Shown here piece after piece: positions 26,646 through 41,077 of a stretch of 57,611 bases of DNA; the stretch's first letter is position 1; each line of letters begins with the position of its first letter. This DNA is from Welwitschia mirabilis (Eukaryota), in assembly GCA_051453625.1 (NCBI GenBank), contig JBOZIK010000001.1, forward strand, positions 22,373,308-22,430,918. The letters are read 5' to 3'. The notes under the pieces are model-generated. The model searched no databases. It worked only from the letters and a program-made list of their open reading frames with translations, and had not been told where the DNA came from. The position numbers were made by a program, and so were the translations under genes.

Positions 26646-27987
26646 CTTATTGACGCAATATGTCGGTATTATTGCTTATTGTAGGCAAAATTCTAATGGG
26701 AACATTAAACAATTTACAAGCTACAGCATCTGTCTTGCTGTACTTGTAACATTCTGACATGCTTAGTTTTGGGAACATGTTGGTTTTTCTTTAAGAGGTT
26801 GAAAATCCAGTGTTATGGTGGTTGGTGCAGCACTAACGATAGGATTGTTAGCTTTGCAACACAGGAGTTGTATTAGACGTAAAGTAGTCTTGTTTCCAAT
26901 TCCTTCCCCTGGTTCCCAAGCAACTACTTTCTGCCCGAAAGTTTTAAGAAGGTAGAAGGCTCCATCTTGAAAAAAGGAGGGTGGGAATATCTTAGCATGT
27001 TGCCTAACTCATCCGTCATGAAAGACAAGTAAAGATTAATATGTTGATTTAAACATCATTGATGTAGTGTTTCTTCATATGTGATTACTATATTATGCAT
27101 AATGGAAGATTGCATCATTTCATTTACAATAAATCTCTTTTTCCTTACTTAGGTATCATTATTTCAAGTAAGGGTGTGGATCTTAGAAACACTATTGTGA
27201 TGTGTAACGTGGGCTAGAATTTGTTCTCCAAGTATAGTAGTGCTCGTCAATTTAACTATCATGATCCGTGAAGCCAATAGGTTACAAAGTAGGAAAAAAG
27301 GAATGCTGAGAGGAAATAACAGTTATTATCACAATAAAAATGCCATTATTACTAAGATAATAGTGCGTCATCCAATGTAAATCATTACTTTAAGGTCTAG
27401 TTGGTTATTACATACTCAAGGATTCTTTATTAAACCAATGTGCAATTAAAGTAGACGACTTACATTGAGGGGCTTGATACAAGAATCTAATCCTCACAAG
27501 CAAGATGAAGCAAGGAACATGGTTCTAACGCTCCCAGTTGTCTTTGTATCCCAATAGTAAAAACACAATATGGAAGGACAAACCCTTAATACCTTTGGAT
27601 GTGAGGGATAAGCCTATAGAGTTCTGGAACCATATCTAATAAGAATTGTGATCACATTTTTGGCAATTTTGTTAAATTCATTGAGTAGTTACAATAATTG
27701 TCTCATGCCTACTTGTGTCATTGGGTGATGTAAGTGGCAAGTGGCAACTATGAAATTGCTAGGCTGTTGCAAGTAGAGACACTCAATTTTTCTGTGCTGT
27801 CACTGGGTGTGTCACTAGGGATGGTATGTGGTGACATGTGGTTTTAACAAGTTTCAGTCATCATTGGTGCATCACATGAAAATAAAGTGGTGACTAAGAC
27901 GAGGCTACATGCATTGCTTGGTGACAACACATATTAGTATTCATCTCTAGTGGCTCATTGAACTTTTGTCATTTTTTCTGAGTCTCC

Positions 27988-28106
27988 AAAAATGACATAT
28001 CAAAGGTTTTAAATGATGCAAATTATGATTCATCCTTATTCCTCAAGAAAAATGACATATTAGAGGATTTAAATGATGCAAATTATAATTCATCCTTATT
28101 CCTCAA
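27988..28106. repeat. 60-bp tandem duplication
   Basis: AAAAATGACATAT...CATCCTTATTCCTCAA twice. Confidence 0.9.
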
Positions 28107-29968
28107 AAACTCTGTGGAAGTGCAAAATTGGTTTCGAATCTAAAGGCACACTCCAAATCCCTTATTACGTTTCTCCTCGAGAATTGTTCTATGAGTGATC
28201 TAACATTGGAGAACAAATAAAGTATCCAAATACTATGATAGATTTTTTTTCTCCCTTTTTCCTTTTTGCTTTTTAACAAGAAACTAGATTTCTAAAGCAA
28301 ATCACATTCCTCCATAATAAGTAGTATCACATTTGGACTTTTTAATCATTGATGTTCTCAGTCTATTTTGTTTTCTTTAATGACAAAATTTATGCCAATA
28401 TTTATAGTGGTATAGCTACATTGAGCTAATCTTAATCAATTAAACATGAAGCATAATATTCTTTGGTCTTTGTTATGATTAGTAAATTCAAGTATGATGT
28501 TACAATTGTAATCAACTTAATGAAAATTGGAAATTTGCCCTCTTTGTACATTAATATTAAGAAAGGTATGATAAAATGAACTTCTGATCCAAACAAGAAA
28601 CCCCAAACATATACACATGAACACTATAAAACAATGCAAACTTGTTTGAGACATACCAAAAAGATAGACAATTTTACTTTCACTAGAAGTTATCGTTGTC
28701 TATTATTATTCTGTATTGAGGGATTATCATTAGTCTTAATCATTTTAATTTGGTCAAGAAATCATTAGGTTTAGTTGTTTATTTTCTTTTTCTTCATTAG
28801 TAAAGCTGTTTCAGACATAATCTAGCTTTGTCAATCTTTTGGTTTCTTAGAATTATTGTTTTGTCGTATGGCTTACTTTGCGTTACTATGTGACATTTAT
28901 GGTCATGACATCTAAAAGATACCTATTTCATAGATCGATGTATTTAACTCCACAAGAGCACGCCAATTTTTATACCCTGAAACAATCCATAATATCAAAT
29001 GAGTTGTTAGGTGTATGAAAAAAGACTTTGTTGACTCGTCTTATCCTATATTTGGAAATTCCTTGTAATGTGGTTTGCAACATGCTTCTCCTTTAAGCTT
29101 TCTCTCATTGCTTTCTAGAGGGCATACTATTAAGCATTGCACTTTCAAAATGACTATAGCAAAAACATCATAGTTGAAGGTAGATTACCTTTTTGGTCTA
29201 ATAAAATAATTGTTTGATGAACAATGCTGATTTCCCTATATGATCATGGTTACGATCATGCTTGGTTGTGCACTAGCATCAAGTCTTATGTTGTAATGTT
29301 GTTTTCTAACTTCATTTGATATATTTGTAAGTTTGCTTTTAGGTCTTGCACATCTAAACAAAATTTGGTCATGGTTCATTTTATATTAGTGAAGTAGGGT
29401 TGGTTCCTAATTTAAAATAAACAAGTATTAAATTTGAGTATGACATTGAAATATGGCTAAAAATGATAACAACAATTCCAAGGATTATAACAAAATATGG
29501 ACCAAACATCAAACAACACTGCATAACACTACACTACTGCCAAAATGTTAATGGCGTAATACTAATGTTTAGAAAACCCAAAAAACCAACCACTAATATC
29601 TAGTCACCTAGTCAATAGCAAAGTACCAAAATCATAGAGCGACAAAAAGATTAATTTTTCTTTTGCATGAGGGAGTTTTGTTAATATTTATATTTAAAGT
29701 TGCCTTTGATCTTCTTAGTGCTAACCAAGTTATCTAACCTTGTTAAAAACCATGTAACATAGATGTTTTATTTTTAATAAAGATCTTCAACGGGTTGATC
29801 GGTGTGCCCATCAAGGTGACTAGATGTAAGTTACAAAATTGTCAAAAACAAACTCATCTTAGTTCAATCGAACTCAAGATGTGGGAAACTAGATGTCTAG
29901 TTCAAACTTGACTTACGAGGTTGACCAAGGCATAGTTATTGGTGATCAAACTTGTTCATTTTTTAATA

Positions 29969-32900
29969 TGAGAAGTAAGACTTGCCTTAGGGGGAATAGG
30001 ATCATGCATACAAGTGATCTAATATGAACAAATAGTCATTTTTTTTTTTACTGTTGACTAAAATCTTTAAAATCTAATCAAAGATCTTTTAATAGGAACT
30101 TCACAAATCTCTAGGGTTTACTACAAAAAATAGGCATACCCCATTTGATGATATAAGTGTCTCCATAAAATATTTGTTTTTAATTTGATTTGTATTTTTT
30201 TTGTATTCTGGTTTCTATTTAAAACAATTAATTGGTTTTACTTTCTACCAATCACATCTACTTACTAAAGGCATATTGTCACCTCAAAGAGATGAATCAG
30301 GGCACTTAGGCACATCCACCATTCATTTGTACTAATAATATGGGTTTATGGATTTGACCACAAAATCGATACATCTATAAGGCTATTCATAAAGCTAAAA
30401 GCCCACATTAACTTGATGTTTCAAAAATTTTTTGTGCATCCACATAAAATTTTCTTTGCATTATCTATTTGAATGGTTATGTTGTTGTAGGCAAAGGGTT
30501 TAAATTTTTGTTATTGATACTTTTTTAGTTTATTTTTAATAAACCCTATTCTATTTTTAATAAATCCTATTTAGTTTAAAGTTCAACTCTTTCGAAGCAC
30601 AATACAACTATAACTAGCTCCACTAAACCTCTAATAATAATTTATGCCATTAACATATAATATGAAAATTTAGCTCTATGAACTTTACCAACAATTAAGA
30701 ACATAAGAGACTATAAAGAAAACAAGCTTGTTTTTCTTTATTTTAGGTGTAGTCTCTAGCCACACTCCACAGGACTTTGCAGTAGCATTTCACTGATACC
30801 ATTGGAATTTTTTAGTAGCACAAGCTCCAATTTGCTTACTTACAATAGTGATGTGCTCTTTTTAGAGGAGAGAATATAGAGTGTGAGTACAAGAAGGAAG
30901 ATAAAAAATTGTCAAACATTCCAATAGCTTTTTATAACAAATGAAATATACTTGGTTATAATTATGATGTTCTAGATGACAGTTTTCAAAATGGTCGGTT
31001 TACTTCCTAATACCACTTCCAACAGTTGTCTACAATCTTCGAACTGTTATATTTTTGTTAATTGTTGAACTAGTGGTCGATCCCTTTAAGGGAGTAGTAG
31101 ATCCCTCATGATATGCTAGGGAAGATTTTTTTGGGTAGTCGATGTCTTGAAGTGTCCATTCGACCCCTCATGAGACATTGATCTACTTGGTGATCAAACT
31201 TTGAAGAGTGTTGGTTGACCACAAGAATCACGTTTATTTACTGTGTACTAGGCAATTGACCTCCAAGATCTACCAGTTGTTCGCAACAATTGAACCCTGA
31301 TGTCAATTGCAGGATGATGAACGCCAATTGTGCATTAGGCACTCTACCCTCTACTAAAGGTCGATCGATAGCACTAACGTTCTACAATTCTTGGTGATTT
31401 TGATGCACTGCTTGATCAGATCCTTAACCATAAGCTCTGAGTGCCTAGGATCCCTTCGTCGAACATTTCCAAATTTTGTTCAAAGTTGTTCACCTAAGAC
31501 ACACACAAATGTCATTTCATAATACTTGAGTTGATATGGGGACTTTCATCAATAGACAACTANNNNNNNNNNNNNNNNNNNNNNNNNNNNNNNNNNNNNN
31601 NNNNNNNNNNNNNNNNNNNNNNNNNNNNNNNNNNNNNNNNNNNNNNNNNNNNNNNNNNNNNNNNNNNNNNNNNNNNNNNNNNNNNNNNNNNNNNNNNNNN
31701 NNNNNNNNNNNNNNNNNNNNNNNNNNNNNNNNNNNNNNNNNNNNNNNNNNNNNNNNNNNNNNNNNNNNNNNNNNNNNNNNNNNNNNNNNNNNNNNNNNNN
31801 NNNNNNNNNNNNNNNNNNNNNNNNNNNNNNNNNNNNNNNNNNNNNNNNNNNNNNNNNNNNNNNNNNNNNNNNNNNNNNNNNNNNNNNNNNNNNNNNNNNN
31901 NNNNNNNNNNNNNNNNNNNNNNNNNNNNNNNNNNNNNNNNNNNNNNNNNNNNNNNNNNNNNNNNNNNNNNNNNNNNNNNNNNNNNNNNNNNNNNNNNNNN
32001 NNNNNNNNNNNNNNNNNNNNNNNNNNNNNNNNNNNNNNNNNNNNNNNNNNNNNNNNNNNNNNNNNNNNNNNNNNNNNNNNNNNNNNNNNNNNNNNNNNNN
32101 NNNNNNNNNNNNNNNNNNNNNNNNNNNNNNNNNNNNNNNNNNNNNNNNNNNNNNNNNNNNNNNNNNNNNNNNNNNNNNNNNNNNNNNNNNNNNNNNNNNN
32201 NNNNNNNNNNNNNNNNNNNNNNNNNNNNNNNNNNNNNNNNNNNNNNNNNNNNNNNNNNNNNNNNNNNNNNNNNNNNNNNNNNNNNNNNNNNNNNNNNNNN
32301 NNNNNNNNNNNNNNNNNNNNNNNNNNNNNNNNNNNNNNNNNNNNNNNNNNNNNNNNNNNNNNNNNNNNNNNNNNNNNNNNNNNNNNNNNNNNNNNNNNNN
32401 NNNNNNNNNNNNNNNNNNNNNNNNNNNNNNNNNNNNNNNNNNNNNNNNNNNNNNNNNNNNNNNNNNNNNNNNNNNNNNNNNNNNNNNNNNNNNNNNNNNN
32501 NNNNNNNNNNNNCTTTCATCAATTGACAACTAGGAGGTGCAACAATCTTCACCTTTGTCATTGACGACAACCAAATTCAAAAATCATAGCTCCCCCTAAC
32601 TTGGTGCTCCCCTTAAGTTTATGTTTCACCTAAGTATGCACTAACCACGAGAATACTAAGCACTACTTTGAAAAAGGGTGCATGAGCTTTAAGTAATTTT
32701 GCACTTCAATAGAATTTGTAAAACACTTGGGAAATAGTGCATTTACCTTTTGGGGCTTGCTAACATTATCAAATTGGTAACCTACAAAAAATCACTATGT
32801 TCTAAACTAGCATAAAAAATATGAAATAATTTCATTTGCAAGGCATGCTCATGCTAATGAGTAATACATATAAGAATACAGGTTTAGTGTAAGCTATAGA

Positions 32901-35900
32901 AGAGCATCAATATAGTAAAAACGAATGCAACCATATAGTGTAATTCATAGTTCAACCATAAGATTAATGTAATAGAAAACATACTATCTGTGCTACCACA
33001 TCAATGTAATGAAAAGCACATAACATAATGAAGAGTACATCCTATCTCTTCCCTTTATCATCAACGATAAAGAACGTGCATAAGAAAAAAATAAAGCATG
33101 AAGTAAAGAAAAGCATGTACTACACACTTAGTCTGAATCATTATCTGATGGAGATCATCTAGAGAATCCCCTACTCCTAGCTCCATGGGATGACTAGGTA
33201 GGGGAGGGATGAGTAGATGTTGTGGTAGATGTTGATGTCAGTGCAAGAGAGGAAATCTACTAAGGAGTGGTGAAGCCACTCAAACAAAGTTGGCAACGAA
33301 CTTATTGGAATGATGCCCAAAGTCCTTGATGTGATGATGCTGCCTCATGAGATGGTGAGGAGCGAGGTGGCTTAGGTGAGGCCTCAATCATCCTAGATTA
33401 TGAAACCGACTCCTCCTTTGATTCCTCCTCTTCATCTGATTTTTCTTCCTCTAACCCCTCTTCCTGACTCTTTTTCATTTGCTTCCTTTTCTACTTCTTC
33501 TTTAACCTATTCTTCCACATCTTTCTCCTCTTTTTCTAATTCAGAACCTAGATACTTATGAGGAGGAGTAGCTTTTGATGTCTCAAAAGGAGAAAACACT
33601 AGAGAGGATGCAGCTAGAGAACCTGTGCCCTGTTTAGACTGACACATCTCCTCTAGAAGATACATAAACTATTGCTACATCTGCTCCTCCTCAACATACA
33701 AGTGTGTAGTGAGTAGAACAAGTCTACACAAGGTTTTGTAAACCCTCTAGATCTAGTGGAGTAAGGGAAAGAACCTCCCTAAAGTGTCAGTGGTGATCTG
33801 CTGCTTTGCCTTTAGGTGGTCTAAGAACAAGACCTATCTTAAAAAGATGCATGTGTGCCAAAGTAGAATAGTTAAGAGGTTGAGCGGGTTTGAGAATGAA
33901 CACATTGTGCTGTGGAAGAGGAACTATAAAGTGTCTTCACAATGCTATGATTAAACGACCATATCATAATGTCCTATTCTCGCACTGTAGGATGTGCACT
34001 AAGAAGTTAAAAATAATCATGAATGTATCCACCTTTTGCTGTTTGTATAGCCAATGTAGAAATCTAAGCAAATACAAAGTGGCATCATCTGTATGACCTC
34101 CTAAAGATAGAAGAATATACCCAAAAATGAGGTGTAAAACTTGATACAGAGAGGTGATTTGTTTATCTTGAAAAGCTATAAAGGATTCCTAGTCAAATTT
34201 AGCATCGCAGAGATCAAGGACATGTTCAAAGTAATGAGGATAATCAATATCTGAGAAGGGTAGATTAGAGATACCTTCATGAGGTATNNNNNNNNNNNNN
34301 NNNNNNNNNNNNNNNNNNNNNNNNNNNNNNNNNNNNNNNNNNNNNNNNNNNNNNNNNNNNNNNNNNNNNNNNNNNNNNNNNNNNNNNNNNNNNNNNNNNN
34401 NNNNNNNNNNNNNNNNNNNNNNNNNNNNNNNNNNNNNNNNNNNNNNNNNNNNNNNNNNNNNNNNNNNNNNNNNNNNNNNNNNNNNNNNNNNNNNNNNNNN
34501 NNNNNNNNNNNNNNNNNNNNNNNNNNNNNNNNNNNNNNNNNNNNNNNNNNNNNNNNNNNNNNNNNNNNNNNNNNNNNNNNNNNNNNNNNNNNNNNNNNNN
34601 NNNNNNNNNNNNNNNNNNNNNNNNNNNNNNNNNNNNNNNNNNNNNNNNNNNNNNNNNNNNNNNNNNNNNNNNNNNNNNNNNNNNNNNNNNNNNNNNNNNN
34701 NNNNNNNNNNNNNNNNNNNNNNNNNNNNNNNNNNNNNNNNNNNNNNNNNNNNNNNNNNNNNNNNNNNNNNNNNNNNNNNNNNNNNNNNNNNNNNNNNNNN
34801 NNNNNNNNNNNNNNNNNNNNNNNNNNNNNNNNNNNNNNNNNNNNNNNNNNNNNNNNNNNNNNNNNNNNNNNNNNNNNNNNNNNNNNNNNNNNNNNNNNNN
34901 NNNNNNNNNNNNNNNNNNNNNNNNNNNNNNNNNNNNNNNNNNNNNNNNNNNNNNNNNNNNNNNNNNNNNNNNNNNNNNNNNNNNNNNNNNNNNNNNNNNN
35001 NNNNNNNNNNNNNNNNNNNNNNNNNNNNNNNNNNNNNNNNNNNNNNNNNNNNNNNNNNNNNNNNNNNNNNNNNNNNNNNNNNNNNNNNNNNNNNNNNNNN
35101 NNNNNNNNNNNNNNNNNNNNNNNNNNNNNNNNNNNNNNNNNNNNNNNNATGGATATTATCTTGACATGTGCATAGAATAGCCCAACCACTTCTGTTATGA
35201 CCTTAGGACAAGGCGTCAAAAGTGGTTCCTACTTCTGGTACTAGAAAATCTACTCACCTAGTAGGCATAATGTTTTAAAACATTGGACGCCTATTACATG
35301 TTCTCTAGGTACAGTCTTGGCTTTAAAATCATTTTTCAAACTTCATTTTGACTTGCTTGTCCATCCAGTCAAACAGATTATCCTGTTTAGAGAATGAAGC
35401 TACCACTTCCTTGCCTTTGGCTGCACAAGACAATTTGGGTGTCATTCTGCAATTGATGCAAACTATTAGAATCACTGAGAAAGAAATTTTATAGTAACTA
35501 AGCATTGATTATTACTACCAATAGTTATAAGAGTAAAAATTAGCACAATTCAAATCTATTTAAGAGTGCCAACAAAAAGAAAATGAGACCATGTGCAGGT
35601 GATCATAATCAAATGCATATATAAGTTGAAAAGCACACTAATGAAGCATAATTAGAGTAAAAATGATCACATAATGCACACACATTATTACAAAATTGAA
35701 ATAAGCTAGTGCAAAAAATTGAAGTCTATGAAGAAAATGTTAAAAATTGGTTTTAAAATTAGAAAATGATGCAAAGAAGTCTAAGATCCGAACTAACCTA
35801 GCAAGAGAGAGCTCAAAAACATGAGAACGATATCTATTTCACGAAATGATCAAAATGATAAGAAAATATTGTAGAATCTGCAAAAATTTTGATGAGAAGC

Positions 35901-37279
35901 TATTGAAAACTTGATCAAATGAAAATAACTAGTAAATATCTGGCCTTAGACACATTCCAAGGGTGCGAATTGAGCTTGATGAAATTTGAAAGGTAGAAAT
36001 CAAGACTCCTACAGTTGAGAAAAATGTGAAATAAAAGTGAACTAGCACCATCTATTTATAGATTTTCTCATTTTTCCAAGAAGTGAGTCGATCCTTAGAT
36101 TTAGGTGGTTGATTGTTTTGACCTAACTATCAAAGCTGAGATGAGAGAAGTCTCAAGAATAATAATAATTAACTGTTTGAAACAAGAGGTGGTTGACCAA
36201 AGGCAGATGGTGGGGTTGACAATTATGCAGTTGACCTTTAAATGATAGGGGATTAACCACTTAAGGTCAAATTTTAGAATCTGTAAAGAAAGAATAAGAG
36301 AAGAACAATGAACAAGGTAAGATGAAAGGATACCTATTCTCCTAAGAAATAGATAATAGTTTTAAAAACATGAAGATTAGAAAGGTTGATTGAGGGGAAG
36401 TGTAAGGACAAGGTCCAAGATTCAAAGCTTTGCAAAGGCATTGAAACCAATCTTGGGGAAGAGGCTTTGTGAATATATCAGCAATTTATTGGTTTGTAGG
36501 AATATATTCAAGCTTAATATGTTTATATTCTACATGATCTCTAATAAAGTAATGGCTAATGTCTATGTGCATAGTTTTAAAGTGTAAGACTAGGCTCTTT
36601 GAAACATTTATAGCACTGGAATTCTGACAAAAGATAGGGGTGTTAATTTCATGGATGTCAAGATCATTTAGCACATAACAAATTCACAAGTCTTGTGCAA
36701 CACAACTACAAGTGGAAACATTTTGTGCTTTAGCAATGGATAAAGCAATTGATGTCTGTTTCTCACTAGCCCAACTCACAAGGCAAGATCAAAGAAAACA
36801 ACAGTAACTATTGGTTCTTTTCCTAACATGTCTAGACCCAATTTAATCAGCATCACAAAAGGCAAATAGTTTAACAAAAGGATCTCTAGAAAACCAAATA
36901 CCATAATTAAGTGTATATTTTACATATCTGAGAATTGGTTTTACCACTTTAAGGTGAGATTCTTAAGGTTTAGATTGGTACTTGGCATAAAGTTCTACTG
37001 CAAAGATGATATCAGGTTGACTGGTAGTACGGTAGAGTAGGCTCCCAATCATGCTTTTATATAGTTTTGTATCCACATCCTTTCCATTCTCATCAACATC
37101 GATCTTGTTATTTGTTCCCCTTGGTGTGGAGGCAGGCTTGCAACTGTCCATTTCAAGCTTCTTCACAAGATTTCCTATAAGTTTGTGTTGTGACAATAAC
37201 ATACCATCTTTTCTTTGCTTGATCTACAAACCTAAGAGCATTTAAAGCTCACTAAGATGGCTCATTTCAAAATGGCTAT
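29969..37279 (-). mobile_element. 3' half of a degenerate Sirevirus-like Copia element (RT, RNase H, env-like region, multiple PPTs, 3' LTR)
   Basis: RT CKPASTP...YKSMIGSLLY...PDIIFAV (36963-37270); RNase H SAINVSK...HIDISHYFIRDHV; relic ORF starting MTPK...KGKEV (~35445); several PPT-like tracts at 32545-33060; LTR ~32544 to ~29969 with GTCGATC motifs. Confidence 0.82.
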
Positions 37280-37746
37280 TGTTGGTATTAGTACAATGAA
37301 TTAGATTTAAGCTAGATGAATACCCAGTATTGTTCTCTCCATAGGGATAGTTAGGGTGGCTTACATAAATTACACAAGTCTTGCTTATGTTGCAAGTACA
37401 ATAAATAAAAAGGCAAAACAAAGAGTTGAGATATGTGTTGAGGCTTTATCTAGAGAGGCAGGGAAGTGAGCAAGCTCCAAGGTTGAGCCCAACTTGTTCA
37501 CTAGCGTTTCTTCAGTCCAATGATATCCTACACTTTCTTTAAACATACTTAAATTATCAAGTCATGGTTATGGTAACAGAATCTCATTCATCATATGAGA
37601 ATTGATGAATTTGATAGTCACTTAATCCTTCATAGCCCTTAAATAAGCACAAAAAGTAAGGATTTAAAGTACTCAAAATCCATCTAATAAGAGTGACTAC
37701 AACTAATTAACTTAAAGCACTCACTTAGTTAACAAAATAACTTTAC
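37280..37746 (-). mobile_element. 3' part of an inverted Athila-family LTR
   Basis: TGTTGGTATTAGTACAATGAATTAGATTTAA is a diverged reverse complement of the LTR ends at 39090 and 47330. Confidence 0.75.
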
Positions 37747-39423
37747 TATTAACATGTAAAAATTGATATTGCAATGAAGTTAAATCACCAATTAACCTTA
37801 ATAAAAGGCATTAATATAATCGATTTTATCATAAAACATGTCTTCTATTAATTTTCACTGTAATTATGAATCTAACTATTTCCTATGACATTTTCGGGCG
37901 AATTGTGCTCAATTGGAGGACATACCTTAAACTGGTCATTAAACAATTTAAAACGACAGTGCTACCAGCGAAGACTACTGGCACTACCAACCTATATGTG
38001 TAAACTATCTCCAAACTTACTTTTTTGGCATGTCATGAAAAATTAGATAGAATGCAATTACAGGCTTGGTCAAATTTCACATAAAAAATAATTACATTCT
38101 TAATGACACATGGCGTTGATGATGAGAACTTGAAAAGTCACATCTAGCAGGGTTGAGTAGGGTGACAGTGGAGACACATGGCATAGTCAGTGGTTGGCAG
38201 TGGTTATAGCACTCCAGAGCCAAGTGTTGGTGTCATCATAAGCATCTTCATCAAATGGAAAAGAGAACAACCCATCCTACCTAATGTTATTATTTTTAAC
38301 CATCCACCTAAGTTATGAGCCAAAGGCTTGTAACAACCCCTTTCCTCCATTTGTCCCCATAAAAGAGGCTTGAACCCTTCATTGTATCATCTTTGGCTAG
38401 GAGAATTGTAGAACCTTGGAGTATTGACTTGTGATAGCTTTCTAAGTGACTCTTTGGGGAAGTGAGCTAGTCTTCAGGGATTGTTGAGAAGTTTCCTTAC
38501 TTTCTTTTTCATTTCCTATAAAGTTTTTCTTGTTTGTAATAGTTAAAGTTGTTTTTCTTTGATTTCAATTCATAAGTAAAATTATAACTAGAATGCTTAG
38601 GTAACTACTTTAATAAGTAAAGTTCATTTCAGTTGAGTGAATTCCTTTTAATCACTTAGTTTAGGTCTTTTAATTTCATAGATCTTAAGTACTTAAAAGT
38701 TCTCAGTTCCTATTATTATTTTAAGACTAAAGTATTAATTAAATTCATAATTTCTTATAACGTGGATGGGATTATGCCCCATGACTTGAGCCAAAAGCAT
38801 TTAAGGATTTTGAGTGTGTTGTAGGAACGTGATTGAAAAACATTGGAGAGAAGGATTGCTTAAGGATCAACGATGATATCTTAGAGCTAGTTTGCTTCCC
38901 TTCTCTCTCAAGATGAAGTTCAATGCAAACTCTAAACATTGCCCCTTTCTCTTTCTTTTCTTAAAATTTGTAACTTGCATTAAGATTAAGTTAGTGCAAT
39001 TCTAAACCGAAACGCATGTTATCCCTGAGGAAGAATAATAGCTAAGTGCAAACTTAGCTTTAAATCCATTTCATTATACTACACCGAACAGATTTTGGCA
39101 TCGTTGCTAGGGATAATGGCATGGTAGTAGCNNNNNNNNNNNNNNNNNNNNNNNNNNNAAGTTTTTATACTTCATTTTTATCTTTCTAGTGGTGGATACC
39201 AGTCCTCTTTTCAGTGATATCTAAACTAGTCTCCTTTTTTATGTTTTTTAAGCTTTCTTCTAATGGTTGATACTAGTCACTCCCATAAAGCCAAACTAGT
39301 CCAACTTGCTTTAAGTTTGTTTTTGATTGTTTTCTAACTTGTTTTATGCAAGTCTAACATTTATTTGCAGCTACTTTTGATAATTTCAAAGAGACCAAAC
39401 CTCAACCTTCCAAAACAACCAGA

Positions 39424-39944
39424 CTAATCAACAAACTGCCTCATCACAACAACTGGACTCGGACTCGCCACCCGACTCGGCTCGGAGAAAAAACTCCTGA
39501 CTCGACTTGACTCAGGAGCTGACNNNNNNNNNNNNNNNNNNNNNNNNNNNNNNNNNNNNNNNNNNNNNNNNNNNNNNNNNNNNNNNNNNNNNNNNNNNNN
39601 NNNNNNNNNNNNNNNNNNNNNNNCTAATCAACAAACTGCCTCATCACCACAACTGGACTCGGACTCGCCACCCGACTCGGCTAGGAGAAAAAACTCCTGA
39701 CTCGACTTGACTCAGGAGCTGACTCGGCACAGACTCAGGAGTCAAAAAGAGTGACTACAGAGTTTTATGTAAAGATGCGCTAAGAGTCACCAAAACTTGC
39801 CAAATCTCATCAAGACTTGTTGAGACTCACGAGTTTTACGAGCTAACTCGGACTCGGTGAGTTTCTACCCACTTGACTTGCGAGTTCAAAAAATCTTGGG
39901 ACTCAGAGAGTACTCACCGAGACTCGGAGAGTCTTGCAACACTA
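39424..39944. mobile_element. hAT-like insertion in the Athila leader
   Basis: Dense GACTCG/CGAGTC repeats; terminus TTGCAACACTA. Confidence 0.6.
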
Positions 39945-41016
39945 CCTTTAATGGACCTTTNNNNNNNNNNNNNNNNNNNNNNNNNNNNNNATGATCAGTA
40001 GATTGATGACCTACTATTTTGTCTAAGAAGATGCTCTCATTGCTACTACTAATCAACCTAGATAAACTCTCCATGATTACTTCCAACCACAATGTCTAGG
40101 AACATCATCTTGCATAGTGCCACCATCCATTAACCAAAATCTAGAATTCAAACCCTCTATTACCTAAATCTTGCCTCATTTCTATGGATTAGAGTCTGAG
40201 GACCTTCATCTCAAGGAATTTGAATGTGTCCTATCAAGTATCTCTCAGTATCCTAACACTCATGGTGCACTTAGGCTTCTTTTATTTTTCTTTTCCTTGA
40301 AAGAAAAGACAAAATCCTGGTTATACACCTTAAAACCCTTTTCCATTACAACTTGGATTGACCTGAGTAAGGTGTTCATCTTTAAATTATTTCCTAATAA
40401 TAAAACAAATGCCCTAAGGAAATAATTCATGAATTTCCAACAGAAGGATTACAAGACCTTTTCCCAGACCTTAGAACGATTTAAAGACTTATTACTAAAA
40501 TGCCTCCAACATGGTTTTGAGCCAGGTAGGGAAATGAGTTTCTTCTATGATGGGTTGTCTACTAATAATTGTCAATTAGTGATGATAATGAGTTAAGGTA
40601 GTTTTTTAAGCAAGGCCCTAGACAAGATTTGGGAGTACTTAGAAACTGTAATTGAGAGATTGAAAAAATGGGAAAAAACTACAAAACGTTCAAGATCTCA
40701 CCATCCTATTAGACCAATAAGTGTTTTTAAGGTCCCTAAAAACTTTGAAGTACACAACAAGATAAATGAGCTAGCACGAAGAGTAGAATCCTTAACCACT
40801 TCACCTTGGCCTTCATCCCTAGTTGTTAAACCAGAATGTCTTATTTGCCACATTAAAACTCATGAAACCCTAAATGTCCCTCTATTCCTCTATTTGAAAA
40901 AATAGTTAATAAGTAGGTAAATGTGGTAGGATACCAATTTCTCTTGGAATGAGGACAATAATCAAAATTATCAGCCTAAAATCTTGTTTCCCTTATTGTC
41001 CCATCTTTACCCTTCG

Positions 41017-41077
41017 TCATCAAACTATCAACTGACTTCATCCAACATCATCAAACTATCAACTGACTTCATCCAAC
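41017..41077. repeat. 31-bp tandem duplication inside gag
   Basis: TCATCAAACTATCAACTGACTTCATCCAAC twice. Confidence 0.9.

Noticed and set aside
28860..29160. Copia integrase fragment
   Set aside because: Weak resemblance to the QNGVAERMNRTL motif only.
23035..35219. Long ORFs of 192-347 aa in the track
   Set aside because: They are translations of N gaps.
39424..39723. 100-bp direct repeat
   Set aside because: It flanks a 100-N gap with two mismatches, so it is probably an unmerged contig overlap. The same pattern occurs at 31543/32513 and 50291/50412.
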